A stretch of 64,000 bases of DNA, taken from Bdellovibrionales bacterium (lineage in GTDB: Bacteria; Bdellovibrionota; Bdellovibrionia; Bdellovibrionales; UBA1609). The notes under the pieces are model-generated. The model ran no database searches, was not told where the DNA came from, and saw nothing but the letters and a program-made list of their open reading frames with translations. Positions 7,952-18,176 of the stretch are shown in pieces. The stretch spans positions 27,031 through 91,030 of the forward strand of contig JBGSNU010000035.1 in the NCBI GenBank assembly GCA_041739415.1, in the 5' to 3' direction. The first letter of the stretch is position 1. Every line of letters starts with the position of its first letter. The position numbers were made by a program, and so were the translations under genes.

Positions 7952-9726
7952 GTCTCACCTGCCGTCAAATGACTGGGTTTAGACTTGGTTTGCATTTCAC
8001 TCAGAATTTGAAATGTCGGCGAGCTTTGTAGAAGCTCACTGAGTGGACCGATCGCCTCAACGCGCCCTTCTTTTAAGACCAAGCAAAAATCTGTATGTTG
8101 CACGCTAGCCAAACGGTGCGAGACGATAATGGATGTGCGCTGACCAAGCTCACCACTTAGCCCTTTGAGGATTCGTTCCTCCGTCTTGGCGTCGACGGCA
8201 CTCAGTGAATCGTCCAAAATCACGAGTTCGGAATCGCGAATCAAGGCTCGCGCCAACGTCAGTCGCTGCTTTTGCCCGCCCGACAAATTGACTCCGCGCT
8301 CGCCGATAAGAGCATCATAGCCTTCACTCCAACTCTCAATCTCCTGATCGAGTTGCACACTGGCCGCGGCTCGTTTGACATCCGCCAGTTGCCAAGTGTC
8401 TAGCCCAAGTGCGAGATTTTCCGCGACCTTTCGCGAAAACAAAAAGGCCTCTTGTGGGACAAAGGCAATGAGTTTTCTCAGTGCCGACACTCGAATGCGC
8501 TCCACCGGGACTCCATTGATAAAAATACTGCCCGGAGGTGCGGGGTATTGGCGCAAAAGCAAATCCACTAAGGTGGACTTGCCAGAGCCAGTCATTCCGA
8601 TCACCCCTAACGACTCGCCCTTCCTCAAGGTAAATGAAATTCGATCTAACGCGCGCAACTTGGCACCGGGATAGGTGAAGGACAAATCCCTAAGTTCAAT
8701 TGAATCGATAGACTTAATATCGATATCGCCTGAGTCGATCACATCTGGCTGAGTTAAAAGGACTTCGCGCAAGCGGCGAAACGAGGCGCGCGACTCTTGC
8801 ACGTGGCTCATGCCGACTCCGAGGGCATCCATGGGCCAAATCATCCGCTGAATGTATTGGTAAAAGGCAAAGAATTGACCGATCGTGATCTCACCTGAAA
8901 TCACTTCATTCGCACCCAGCAACAGGAGCAGCACACTGCCCAGTGCAACAGGCAATTCAAGTGCTGGGCCAAAAAGAGCGTCACAGCCTGCGACTCGGTT
9001 GCAAGCCTTGCGAAACCCACTGGAGTGGCGGTTGAATTCGTGAGTCTGCGCGTCCTCTTGGGCAAAGCTCTTGATTACGCGAATGCCTGAGACAATCTCC
9101 TGCGCTGAGCCCGACATGTCACCAAAGCGCTCTTGTCTCGTGTGGTACTCGCGGTGCAGTTTGCGCAAAATGGCCCTCACCACAAACGGCACGAAGGGCA
9201 TAAGTGCCAACGTCTGCCAGGTCCAAGTGGGCGATATCGACAGCATGACCGGCAGAATTAAAAAAAATATGCACGCGCCATCTAATAAAATCAGTAGCCC
9301 CGGTCCGACTCCCATTCTGAAGGAGTTGACGTCATTTGAAATCAGCGTGGTGAGCTGGCCAATTTTATGAGCTTTAAAAAAGCTCGGCCCCATTTGAGTG
9401 AGGTGCGAATACACCCGGTTGCGCAAATCTTCAGCGACGGTGTGGTGAAAGCGCGACCAGAAAATCCGCCAGAGATAACGGAACATCGATAAAAAAATAA
9501 TGATCAAAATGATCTGAGTGATGACGCCGCCCACGCGCTGGAGGTCAGATCCCTGCATGATTTTGTCTAAGGCGCGACCAACCAATAGCGGAATCATCGT
9601 CTCAAGCGCGTTAGTAATGAATAGGCAGGTCAGTCCGAGAGTGGCGACTCGCCAATGGCGCTTCAAATAAAAGCGATAGGGTTTTTCAAGTAGATCGGAT
9701 AAGCGATCGGATGGTGCATCCGGCAT
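7948..9726 (-). CDS. ABC exporter half-transporter (TMD-NBD), degenerate Walker B / consensus signature partner
   Basis: Walker A GMTGSGKST, signature LSGGQKQ (consensus), Walker B LVILDDS (Asp replaces the catalytic Glu), H-loop IIVSHRLAS. The start is ambiguous: ATG 9726 is used here; the track uses TTG 9762. Neither has a clear SD. Confidence 0.85.
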   Translation of the reverse strand: MPDAPSDRLSDLLEKPYRFYLKRHWRVATLGLTCLFITNALETMIPLLVGRALDKIMQGSDLQRVGGVITQIILIIIFLSMFRYLWRIFWSRFHHTVAEDLRNRVYSHLTQMGPSFFKAHKIGQLTTLISNDVNSFRMGVGPGLLILLDGACIFFLILPVMLSISPTWTWQTLALMPFVPFVVRAILRKLHREYHTRQERFGDMSGSAQEIVSGIRVIKSFAQEDAQTHEFNRHSSGFRKACNRVAGCDALFGPALELPVALGSVLLLLLGANEVISGEITIGQFFAFYQYIQRMIWPMDALGVGMSHVQESRASFRRLREVLLTQPDVIDSGDIDIKSIDSIELRDLSFTYPGAKLRALDRISFTLRKGESLGVIGMTGSGKSTLVDLLLRQYPAPPGSIFINGVPVERIRVSALRKLIAFVPQEAFLFSRKVAENLALGLDTWQLADVKRAAASVQLDQEIESWSEGYDALIGERGVNLSGGQKQRLTLARALIRDSELVILDDSLSAVDAKTEERILKGLSGELGQRTSIIVSHRLASVQHTDFCLVLKEGRVEAIGPLSELLQSSPTFQILSEMQTKSKPSHLTAGET

Positions 9727-9777
9727 TTGTATAAAGCTAATGGTCCCAACGGGGGAGTGCAAGTCTGGGCCATTAAA

Positions 9778-9815
9778 ATAAAAAAAGCCGACTCTGTTTA
9801 AGAGCCGGCTTTTTG
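9778..9815 (-). terminator. Rho-independent terminator after the S8 protease gene (hairpin also flanked by T-run on the plus strand)
   Basis: Minus strand reads AGCCGGCTCT-TAAAC-AGAGTCGGCT followed by TTTTTTT: a 10-bp stem with one G:U (arms at 9786-9795 and 9801-9810). Confidence 0.7.
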
Positions 9816-9836
9816 AAAATCAAAACCTATCGAATT

Positions 9837-11318
9837 CTAGAACTTGCTTAGAGCCAAGACGTCGAGCACGCCGCCCGAGACGGTCTTGCCAGCGAGAACT
9901 GAAGAGGCTTTGGCTGAACCTAAAATGGCAGCCTTAGCATCGCGCCAAGTTTTTTCTGGGTGAATGCTGAGATACAGTGCTGCAGCTCCAGCCACATGGG
10001 GGCAAGCCATCGACGTGCCATCCCAAGTCGCCTTGAGTCCGGGCATATCAATCACTGTGTCTGTGTATTTCACTTTTTGTGTCACAGTGGAGAATACTTT
10101 TACGCCAGGAGCACCGATATCCACCGTGTTGCGACCCCAGTTGGAGAAGCTACCGAGGTTTCCAGATTCGTCCATAGCGGCCACGCTGATGATGTTGTCC
10201 ATGGAGTAGCTAGCAGGAACAGCGGGTTTTGGATCACTGTCGTTGTCATAGCCCACGCCTTGGTGACCATTGCCAGCTGCTGCAACAAACAGCACGCCTT
10301 TTTCCATCGCCATGGTGATGGCATCTTTCAAGGCTTGTGCTTCAGCATCGCCACTGTCGCCTTCAGAGCCCCAAGAGTTGGAGAGAACGCGTGCTCCGTT
10401 GTCGACGGCGTACTTAATGGAGGAGATAGCGTCAGCCGTAGTGCCTTGACCTTTTTCAGTGATGAAACGTAGAGCCATGATGCGAACACCAGGGGCAACG
10501 CCCGTGATACCTTTGCCGTTGTCCGCTCGAGCCGCAACGTTTCCAGCGCAATGAGTTCCGTGACCGGGGTTTCCACCGCCAAGCAACATGTCGATCAAGC
10601 TAGCCGTGAGGTCATAGGGCTTGTTGTCTTTCGAGGCAAAGTCCCATCCTACAACGTCATCGATATAACCATTGTTGTCGTCATCCACGCCGTTGCTGAT
10701 TTTGTCGCGCCCTTGAGCGTCTGTTCCAGTTTCGCCGGGGTTTCTCCACATATTGTCGACAAGATCTTCGTGGGTGTAGTCAACGCCCGTGTCAATCACG
10801 GCTACAACCACATCACTCGTGCCTTTTGTCTTAGCCCACGCTTCTTTGACTCGATTTTGGGTCATGCCCCACTGACTTGCTGTCAGAGGATCAGCACCAG
10901 ATCCGCCGCTGCCAGTTGTGGGAATAGCTGGATTGTCGGGAGCTGGAGTTTCGCCAAAACCACCGTCTTGTTGCACGCGGTTTTTCAGCGCCTGGATTTG
11001 CTTGGGGTCAGTGAGCTTCCAAGTCGCGTTGAGTGTGATGATTTTATTGTTCTCAACGGAGACCACGCCGGGCATTCGCAAGATGGCATTGGTGCTGAAG
11101 CCGAAGTAGTTGTCTTGAGCGGGCAATTGGATTCGAACCCAGCCGGCAACGCCAAGGTCATCGGTCTTGGTGCCTTTTGGGAGTCGGGATTGCAGAGTCG
11201 CGACTGCAGTGGACTTCATCTCAGGTGAAAACTTAACTAACAGATCGCGCCCCAAGCCGCTTGCTGTTGCGCTGCCACAATATATTAGTGCAGCTGCGAT
11301 TAGACTGATTCTTTTCAT
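9837..11318 (-). CDS. Secreted subtilisin-family (S8) serine protease
   Basis: Catalytic triad motifs VAVIDTGVD (Asp), HGTHCAG (His), GTSMACPHVAG (Ser). The start is placed at ATG 11318, with AAGGAGG 7 nt upstream, giving signal peptide MKRISLIAAALIYCGSATA. The track start is 11396. Confidence 0.9.
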   Translation of the reverse strand: MKRISLIAAALIYCGSATASGLGRDLLVKFSPEMKSTAVATLQSRLPKGTKTDDLGVAGWVRIQLPAQDNYFGFSTNAILRMPGVVSVENNKIITLNATWKLTDPKQIQALKNRVQQDGGFGETPAPDNPAIPTTGSGGSGADPLTASQWGMTQNRVKEAWAKTKGTSDVVVAVIDTGVDYTHEDLVDNMWRNPGETGTDAQGRDKISNGVDDDNNGYIDDVVGWDFASKDNKPYDLTASLIDMLLGGGNPGHGTHCAGNVAARADNGKGITGVAPGVRIMALRFITEKGQGTTADAISSIKYAVDNGARVLSNSWGSEGDSGDAEAQALKDAITMAMEKGVLFVAAAGNGHQGVGYDNDSDPKPAVPASYSMDNIISVAAMDESGNLGSFSNWGRNTVDIGAPGVKVFSTVTQKVKYTDTVIDMPGLKATWDGTSMACPHVAGAAALYLSIHPEKTWRDAKAAILGSAKASSVLAGKTVSGGVLDVLALSKF

Positions 11319-11623
11319 AGAGCCCCTCCTTAGGTTAAAGCGCATGCGTTGATTCACTTCTCTGGATAGCATCTTGCGACCAGAGAACTTTTCCATCCCG
11401 AGATGTTAGGTAGGCCTTTCGACTAGTTTCAATTTGAAACCAGCCCCAGGCAAAAAAACTGGACCTTTTTGGAGCGAGGCGACATCAGATTCTCCTTCTG
11501 AAATTTCGTTGGTATGGCTCTCCTCCGATGCTAGCTTATGCAATGAAAGCGTATTGATATTGAATAGATGTTGAGCTCGACCCGGTTTGGGCAGCTCCAT
11601 AGAACTATGAGTAAGGAGTCGCC

Positions 11624-12157
11624 ATGGCGCAAACCATGCGAAGCACCGATCGTGAGCTTGTTGAGACGACTCGCTCGTTTGCATTTACCACAAAGCTAGA
11701 GGCCATCGTTGCCTGGGGACGGAAAAACTCTCTATGGCCCATGCCCTACGGGACAGCCTGTTGTGGCATCGAGATGATGTCCGTGATGGGCCCTCGCTAT
11801 GACTTGGCACGATTCGGAGCTGAGGTTGTGCGCTTCTCGCCTCGACAAGCCGATCTAATGATAGTGGCTGGAACAATCACTGAGAAGATGGCGCCCGTAA
11901 TTTTGCGCGTGTATCAGCAGATGCTCGAGCCTAAATATGTTTTGTCTATGGGAGCTTGTGCGAGCTCGGGTGGATTTTATCGCGCCTACCATGTGTTGCA
12001 AGGTGTGGACAAAGTGATTCCGGTGGACGTGTATGTGCCGGGCTGTCCACCAACACCTGAGGCTGTACTCGATGGAGTTATGGTGATTCAAAAAATGATT
12101 CAAGATCAGGCTCCACGTCCATGGAAGTCGAGCTGGCAGCCGGGGATTTGGCGATGA
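11624..12157 (+). CDS. nuoB: NADH-quinone oxidoreductase subunit B
   Basis: 177 aa. N2-cluster Cys motifs [32 protein letters not shown] lies 5 nt upstream of the ATG. Confidence 0.95.
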   Translation: MAQTMRSTDRELVETTRSFAFTTKLEAIVAWGRKNSLWPMPYGTACCGIEMMSVMGPRYDLARFGAEVVRFSPRQADLMIVAGTITEKMAPVILRVYQQMLEPKYVLSMGACASSGGFYRAYHVLQGVDKVIPVDVYVPGCPPTPEAVLDGVMVIQKMIQDQAPRPWKSSWQPGIWR

Positions 12158-13857
12158 GTGCAACGAGCGGATTTTTTCCAAACTCAATCGAGAGTATTCA
12201 AAAGGATTTGGCAACAAAGTTCCCAGGCGTGAAATTCGAAGCTACCTTTGATGTTGGGGCGAATGTCGTGAATTTGCCCAAAGAGTATATTGTTCTGGTG
12301 ATGAAGCACTTTAGAGACACCCACCGCTTCGATATGCTCATTCACGTTGCTGGAGCTGATTACCCCGATCGCGCCAAACGATTTGATGTTGTCTACGAGT
12401 TGTTCTCCACTCGAACCTTTGAGCGCGTGCGGATAAAGACTCAAGTCGGTGAGTCTGAAACGATTTCGACGATCGTACACATTTGGAAAGCGGCCAATTG
12501 GTTTGAACGTGAAGTCTATGACATGTATGGCATCAAGTTTGATGGGCACCCCAATTTACGACGACTGTTGGTGCACCATCAGTTCAACGGCTGGCCACTT
12601 CGTAAGGACTATCCGGCGGATTTGCAGCAGCATTGCACTGAGGCTCTGCCCATCCATTTTGACAATGATCCCAGTTATATTGAAGATCCAGATTTAGATC
12701 TGGTGCCCCTGAACATTGGGCCTTCGCATCCGGCGACCCACGGGACTTTGCGCATAATGGTGCAGCTCAATGGTGAAAAGGTGCATCGCGCGAATGTAGA
12801 GCTCGGATTTTTGCATCGCTGCTTTGAGAAAATGGCCGAGACTCATCCTTACAACCAAGTGATCCCCTACACCGATCGCCTGAATTACTGCTCAGCTCCG
12901 ATGAACAACGTCGGCTATTGCAAAGCGGTTGAGCGCCTTTTGGGGGTGGAAATTCCCGCTAAGGCTCAGGCGCTCCGGGTGATTTTGTGTGAACTCAGTC
13001 GGATCATTGATCACATCGTTTGCATCGCTGCAAACGCCGTGGATTTGGGCGCGCTCACTGGATTCTTTCACCTGTTTGTGTATAGAGAAAAAGTTTACTC
13101 TCTTTTTGAAAAACTCTGCGGTGCTCGCTTGACCGTGAGTTTAACTCGGGTGGGCGGGATGGCCAATGACCCGCCTCCCGGTTGGTACAAAGACGTCTTG
13201 GCCTTTGTTGATGAGATGCGCGTGGGCGTCGACGAGTTGGATAAACTTTTGACGAACAATAAAATCTGGATTGAGCGCACCCGCGGAGTGGGCGAAATCT
13301 CGGCCGCTGAAGCGATTGATTGGGGCTACACGGGGCCCTGTCTGCGCGCCGCCGGTGTCGGCTTAGATTTGCGAAAAACTGCGCCTTACTATGGCTACGA
13401 CCAACTTGATTTTGATATTCCCGTTGGATCCACTGGCGACGTGTACGACCGGTATCTCGTGCGTGTGGCCGAGATGCGCGAGTCCCTCAAGATCATCACT
13501 CAAGTGGCTAAAAATATCCCCGAGGGGGATTACACCATTCGAGACAAAAATATCGTGCTGCCTGAGAAGCGTGACGTTTATGGCAACATCGAGGGATTGA
13601 TGAATCACTTTATGTTGGTGATTAAGGGCCTACGGCCTCCCGCTGGAGAAGTTTATGACTACACAGAAGCTGCCAACGGCGAGCTCGGGTTTTATTTGGT
13701 GAGTGACAACAGTGCCCGTCCGTACCGACTCAAGGTGCGTCCACCCTGTTTCGCTATTTATCAATCGTTTGCAAAGCAAGTGACTGGCGGTCAAGTGGCC
13801 GACGTGGTCGCCGTTTTGGGTAGTATGAATTTGATCGCTGGAGAGCTAGATCGCTAG
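12154..13857 (+). CDS. nuoC: NADH-quinone oxidoreductase fused subunit C/D
   Basis: An N-terminal 30-kDa (NuoC)-like part ([20 protein letters not shown]) is fused to a 49-kDa (NuoD)-like part ([14 protein letters not shown] ... ends LIAGELDR). ATG 12154 overlaps the nuoB stop (ATGA). The track start at 12121 would overlap nuoB by 37 nt. Confidence 0.92.
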   Translation: MSATSGFFPNSIESIQKDLATKFPGVKFEATFDVGANVVNLPKEYIVLVMKHFRDTHRFDMLIHVAGADYPDRAKRFDVVYELFSTRTFERVRIKTQVGESETISTIVHIWKAANWFEREVYDMYGIKFDGHPNLRRLLVHHQFNGWPLRKDYPADLQQHCTEALPIHFDNDPSYIEDPDLDLVPLNIGPSHPATHGTLRIMVQLNGEKVHRANVELGFLHRCFEKMAETHPYNQVIPYTDRLNYCSAPMNNVGYCKAVERLLGVEIPAKAQALRVILCELSRIIDHIVCIAANAVDLGALTGFFHLFVYREKVYSLFEKLCGARLTVSLTRVGGMANDPPPGWYKDVLAFVDEMRVGVDELDKLLTNNKIWIERTRGVGEISAAEAIDWGYTGPCLRAAGVGLDLRKTAPYYGYDQLDFDIPVGSTGDVYDRYLVRVAEMRESLKIITQVAKNIPEGDYTIRDKNIVLPEKRDVYGNIEGLMNHFMLVIKGLRPPAGEVYDYTEAANGELGFYLVSDNSARPYRLKVRPPCFAIYQSFAKQVTGGQVADVVAVLGSMNLIAGELDR

Positions 13858-13881
13858 ACTTTCGACACCAGGAGTGCCGCC

Positions 13882-14355
13882 ATGTTCAAACTTTCGCCTG
13901 AGTGCGATGCCTTTATTAAGAAAGAATCAACTCGGTATGAGACTGTTCACTCTGCTATAATCCCAGCGTTGTTTCGGGTGCAGCAGGAGCTAGGATGGGT
14001 TCCGCCCGAAGCTGTTTCTCACATCAGTGGCCTGCTGAAAGTTCCAGACTCTCATGTCAACGAGGTCCTGTACTTCTACACGATGTTCAACAAAGAGCCT
14101 GTTGGAAAGTTGCACGTTCAAGTGTGCACCAACGTCTCCTGCGCGATGAACGGAGCCCGGGAGTTGCACGAAAGTCTGTGCAAACACTTCAATGTAGAAA
14201 ATGGGCAAATCAGCAAAGACGGCAAGGTCACTGTTTCTAAAGTGGAGTGCCTGGGGTCATGTGGGACAGCGCCAATGATGCAAGTCAACGACAACTACTA
14301 TGAGAATCTCACGACTGAATCCGCAATTCGAAAACTGAAAGAGCTTGGAGCTTAA
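13882..14355 (+). CDS. nuoE: NADH-quinone oxidoreductase subunit E (2Fe-2S)
   Basis: 157 aa. Thioredoxin-like 2Fe-2S Cys pattern VCTNVSC ... ECLGSCGTAP. Positioned between nuoCD and nuoF. Confidence 0.9.
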   Translation: MFKLSPECDAFIKKESTRYETVHSAIIPALFRVQQELGWVPPEAVSHISGLLKVPDSHVNEVLYFYTMFNKEPVGKLHVQVCTNVSCAMNGARELHESLCKHFNVENGQISKDGKVTVSKVECLGSCGTAPMMQVNDNYYENLTTESAIRKLKELGA

Positions 14356-14359
14356 AACC

Positions 14360-15643
14360 ATGCAAACCAAACTTCTGTCTGAGCACTACGATAAACCGGA
14401 GTTTCAAAAAATTGACGGTTACAAAAAACATGGCGGCTATGTGGTGTTGGCTAAGGCTCTCAAGATGGATCCCAAAGCGATAATCGAAGAGGTGAAAGCT
14501 TCGGGCTTACGTGGCCGCGGTGGAGCAGGTTTCCCAACGGGAACCAAATGGAGCTTTCTCCCAGCCAACGGTGAGCCTCGGTATTTGCTCTGCAATGCCG
14601 ACGAGGGCGAGCCCGGCACGTTCAAAGATCGCTTGATGATGGAGCGGGCGCCGCATCAGTTGATCGAAGGTATGATCATCTCGGCTTTTGCGGTGGGTTC
14701 AAAAAAATCCTACATTTATTTGCGCGGTGAATACGATGAGTCGAGGCGCGTGATCGAGGGCGCACTAAAAGAAGCTTATGCCGCCGGTCTCCTCGGCAAG
14801 AACATTTTGGGCTCGGGCTTTGATCACGACATGGATTTGTACATGGGTGCTGGCGCCTACATCTGTGGCGAAGAGACGGGCATGATCTCATCTCTTGAGG
14901 GACTCAAAGGGCAGCCCAAGCTCAAGCCGCCATTCCCCGCCGTGCAAGGCTATTTGCGCAAGCCAACCATTGTAAACAATGTCGAAACACTTGCTGCGGT
15001 AAAGTACATCATTCGCGACGGCGCTGCGGCCTACCGAAAGTACGGGACAGAAAAGTCTCCAGGCACCAAGTTGTTTTCAGTGAGTGGCAATGTGATGAAG
15101 CCAGGCAACTACGAGGTTCCACTTGGCATCACCTTAAAGGATCTAATCTTCAACGTTTGTGGGGGACTTAAGCCCGGCCGAAAGTTAAAAGCCGTGATTC
15201 CTGGCGGATCAAGTGCACCCGTGCTCAATGCCGATGAATCGATGCGCGCCACTATGGATTACGAAGGACTGGCGCAACTGGGCTCGATGCTCGGCTCTGG
15301 CGCCGTCATTGTCATTGATGATTCCAACAGCATGGTGGATTTATTGGATGTGATTATGCACTTTTACCACCACGAGAGCTGTGGGCAGTGCACACCCTGT
15401 CGGGAAGGCACCGGCTGGCTCAGCAAGATCGTGCACGATATTCGTCATGGCAAAGCGGATGTCCGCGACATCGATTTGGTGAAGAAAGTTTCTGAGCAAA
15501 TGATGGGTAAAACCATCTGTGCACTTTCGGATGCCGCCGCTATGCCGGCAATTTCATTTGTTACAAAATTTAGAGACGAGTTTGAGCAGCACCTGAAAAA
15601 CCATGCTGGCTCACGTGAATCGGGGGAGACTCTGCATGCCTAA
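14360..15643 (+). CDS. nuoF: NADH-quinone oxidoreductase subunit F (FMN/NADH binding)
   Basis: GLRGRGGAGFPTG nucleotide/FMN motif and ESCGQCTPCREG 4Fe-4S motif. ATG 14360 is preceded by GGAG. The track TTG at 14345 would overlap nuoE. Confidence 0.93.
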   Translation: MQTKLLSEHYDKPEFQKIDGYKKHGGYVVLAKALKMDPKAIIEEVKASGLRGRGGAGFPTGTKWSFLPANGEPRYLLCNADEGEPGTFKDRLMMERAPHQLIEGMIISAFAVGSKKSYIYLRGEYDESRRVIEGALKEAYAAGLLGKNILGSGFDHDMDLYMGAGAYICGEETGMISSLEGLKGQPKLKPPFPAVQGYLRKPTIVNNVETLAAVKYIIRDGAAAYRKYGTEKSPGTKLFSVSGNVMKPGNYEVPLGITLKDLIFNVCGGLKPGRKLKAVIPGGSSAPVLNADESMRATMDYEGLAQLGSMLGSGAVIVIDDSNSMVDLLDVIMHFYHHESCGQCTPCREGTGWLSKIVHDIRHGKADVRDIDLVKKVSEQMMGKTICALSDAAAMPAISFVTKFRDEFEQHLKNHAGSRESGETLHA

Positions 15644-17192
15644 GGTTAAAATCAACGGTCGTGAAGTTGAAGTGCCACAGGGTTCAACTGTGATTCAGGC
15701 CTTTAAGGCTGCGGGAATCGACATTTGTCACTACTGCTGGCATCCAGGCCTGAGTGTCGCCGGAGTTTGTCGGTTGTGTATGGTGCAAATCGACGGTGTG
15801 CCAAAGCTGCAAATTGCCTGCAACACAGAAGTCAAAGAGGGAATGGTCATCAACAATACCTCGGATGTCGTCAAAGACACGGTCAAATGGGGATTGGACT
15901 TTCATTTGATCAATCACCCCTTGGATTGCCCCATCTGCGATCAAGCCGGTGAATGTGGTTTGCAAGATCAATACATGCAGTTCGGTAAATACGATCCTGA
16001 GATGGCAGAACCCAAGGTTAAAAAGCACAAAGTGGTAGATCTTGGTCCAACCATTGTGCTGGACAGTGAACGTTGCATTCTTTGCTCGCGTTGTGTGCGC
16101 TTCACTGACGAAGTTTCAAAAACCAAAGAACTCGGAATTTTCAATCGGGGCGATCGCAGTGAAATTGGCACAGTTCAAGGTAAGCCCCTCGACAATAACT
16201 ACTCGCTAAACACAGTGGATATTTGTCCCGTGGGAGCGTTGACGTCTAAAGATTTCCGCTTTCGCCAGCGCGTGTGGTATCTCAAAGAGGCGCAAAGCGT
16301 ATGCCCCGGCTGCTCCACCGGTTGCAACACCAAAGTCAGCTACAATGAAGAGGGCGTTTGGCGCGTTCGCCCCCGTGAAAACCATGACGTCAACGGCTAC
16401 TGGATGTGCGACAAGGGTAGAGATACCTACAAAGTGGTCAACACTCGTGTTCGCCTCCTCACGGCTCGGGTCGGGCGAAGAGACGCTTGGAACGACGTCG
16501 TACCGGCAGACGCCGCTCGCTCAGCGGGACTTCGCTTGCGTGAGACCGTTGAAAAGTATGGTCCAGACTCTGTCGCATTAGTTGTGACGGGACAATACAC
16601 CAATGAAGAGAACGCCGATCTTCTCAAATACTTTACGACCACTCTTAAGAGCAAAAACGTCTTTCATTGGATCAACAACCCTGAGCAACTCGAGGCATTC
16701 GATGGACTGTTGCTGCGCGGAGATCGCAATCCCAACACGCAAGGCCTAAAGGCGGCATTGACGGCGGTTGGAGTTAAGGGTCGTTGGGAGGATTTGCAGG
16801 CTGGACTAAACAGTCGCAAAATCAAGGCCGTCTTGGTGGCTGGTCCCGAAAACCTTGCGGTCTACCCTGACCTCGATGAAAAAATTAAACTGTTGTCTCA
16901 GACGGAAAATTTAGTTTGGTTAACAGCCGGTCGAGTTGAGGCGTTGGATCAATTGGGTGGGGAGACGTGGCAGATTCCACTCAAGACCTACATTGAAAAG
17001 GCGGGTAGCTTCACCAATTTTGCAGGCAAAGTGCAAAATTTTAAATTGGGCACCACGATCGTCGCGGAAGCCCTGACGCTGTCGGAGGCTTCAGATTTAT
17101 TCAATGGCCAGGATCTCGATTGGAATTTGCGACCAAAACCCATAATGTCTGCCAAGAGCAATTATTCGACACTGCAAAGAGGTGAATTGTGA
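15636..17192 (+). CDS. nuoG: NADH-quinone oxidoreductase subunit G (short form)
   Basis: N-terminal 2Fe-2S region (CHYCWHPGLSVAGVCRLC), then HPLDCPICDQAGEC and CILCSRCVRF cluster motifs. ATG 15636 (GGGGGAG upstream) overlaps the nuoF stop by 8 nt. 518 aa. Confidence 0.9.
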   Translation: MPKVKINGREVEVPQGSTVIQAFKAAGIDICHYCWHPGLSVAGVCRLCMVQIDGVPKLQIACNTEVKEGMVINNTSDVVKDTVKWGLDFHLINHPLDCPICDQAGECGLQDQYMQFGKYDPEMAEPKVKKHKVVDLGPTIVLDSERCILCSRCVRFTDEVSKTKELGIFNRGDRSEIGTVQGKPLDNNYSLNTVDICPVGALTSKDFRFRQRVWYLKEAQSVCPGCSTGCNTKVSYNEEGVWRVRPRENHDVNGYWMCDKGRDTYKVVNTRVRLLTARVGRRDAWNDVVPADAARSAGLRLRETVEKYGPDSVALVVTGQYTNEENADLLKYFTTTLKSKNVFHWINNPEQLEAFDGLLLRGDRNPNTQGLKAALTAVGVKGRWEDLQAGLNSRKIKAVLVAGPENLAVYPDLDEKIKLLSQTENLVWLTAGRVEALDQLGGETWQIPLKTYIEKAGSFTNFAGKVQNFKLGTTIVAEALTLSEASDLFNGQDLDWNLRPKPIMSAKSNYSTLQRGEL

Positions 17193-17713
17193 GTCTGGTC
17201 AAGCGTCCACCAGCAATCGCCAACTGGTTCTTGCCTGGTATCATTCTCGGTATGCTCTTCACGTTTAAGAAGATGTTGGTGAATCTCTTCAATCCGAGCA
17301 AAATGGAGACCTTGAACTACCCAGAGGAAAAGTACGAATACGGGCCTCGATTCAAAGGCAACCACGTGCTCACGGTAAAAAAAGATGGTAGCCTCCGCTG
17401 CACGGCCTGCATGCTGTGCGCCACCAACTGCCCCGCTCAGTGCATTAAGATCACGGCGGCCGAACACAATGATCCGACCGTAGAGAAGTATCCCATCGCC
17501 TATGAAATCGACATTCTCCGTTGTGTATTTTGTGGCTTTTGTGAAGAGGCTTGCCCCGTTGACGCTATTCGCATGGGACCCGAGTGGCAAACGGCAGCAC
17601 TGAATGGCGGCAAGTTCACTTACGACATTCAACACCTTGCCTATCGGTCGCAGCTGAAGGGCGGAGTCGTCACTGTCCTTGATGATCACGAGCGATCAAC
17701 CGCAGGTATTTAG
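17189..17713 (+). CDS. nuoI: NADH-quinone oxidoreductase subunit I (2x 4Fe-4S ferredoxin)
   Basis: Two CxxCxxCxxxCP motifs: CTACMLCATNCP and CVFCGFCEEACP. The GTG start overlaps the nuoG stop (GTGA), leaving no room for nuoH. Confidence 0.9.
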   Translation: MSLVKRPPAIANWFLPGIILGMLFTFKKMLVNLFNPSKMETLNYPEEKYEYGPRFKGNHVLTVKKDGSLRCTACMLCATNCPAQCIKITAAEHNDPTVEKYPIAYEIDILRCVFCGFCEEACPVDAIRMGPEWQTAALNGGKFTYDIQHLAYRSQLKGGVVTVLDDHERSTAGI

Positions 17714-17717
17714 TCGT

Positions 17718-18176
17718 TTATTTGATACCACGGTGACCGTTGAGCAGCACATGTTCAACGGCCCACCTTTGAAACTCTTGGCTGAGTCGCACGTGCGCTT
17801 GATCAAAGGTCCACCAGACCAACGAATGCTCCAGCTGATATCCAGGGTGTGGATCAAGTGGCTCTGCTTCAACCAAATAAAATGTGCCGATCTTTTTGAA
17901 GTGCTGTTTGTAAAATCCAGACCAATGATACTGCACGGCTTTCGCAACAGCTCGCTCGCTCACCACTTGGTAGCCCAACTCCTCTAGGATCTCTCGTCGC
18001 AAGGTTGTCTCAAGTGACTCGCCCGGATCTTGTCCACCTCCAGGCAGAAAGTATCCAAGAGTGGTTTGAACGATGGCCACTCGCCTTTGGCCATCGAGTA
18101 AGAAGCCATAGGCGCCTGGTCGATCAACGTACTGGGTATTGGCGTCGATGCGACCAAAAATTGGGACTGACGACAT
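17718..18176 (-). CDS. NUDIX hydrolase
   Basis: 152 aa. NUDIX box GGGQDPGESLETTLRREILEELG (Gx5Ex7REUxEExGU). The ATG overlaps the ugd stop by 1 nt (TAATG). Confidence 0.85.
   Translation of the reverse strand: MSSVPIFGRIDANTQYVDRPGAYGFLLDGQRRVAIVQTTLGYFLPGGGQDPGESLETTLRREILEELGYQVVSERAVAKAVQYHWSGFYKQHFKKIGTFYLVEAEPLDPHPGYQLEHSLVWWTFDQAHVRLSQEFQRWAVEHVLLNGHRGIK

Noticed and set aside
10551-11228. 225-aa ORF antisense to the S8 protease; similar long antisense ORFs at 17162-17689 (nuoI), 23409-23987 (FecR gene), 40420-40899 (ribBA) and 62468-62926 (rpoC)
   Set aside because: All lie opposite strongly supported conserved genes, lack SD sequences and have biased, motif-free composition. This is a common stop-codon-poor antisense effect.
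12121-12153. Longer N-terminal extensions offered by the ORF track: nuoCD 12121, nuoF 14345, nuoG 15603, ntrX-like 44105, rlmB 47896, protease 11396, FecR gene 24493, barrel genes 6121 and 29121
   Set aside because: In each case a downstream start has a better SD, removes a long overlap with the preceding gene, and/or yields a proper signal peptide or the conserved family N-terminus.
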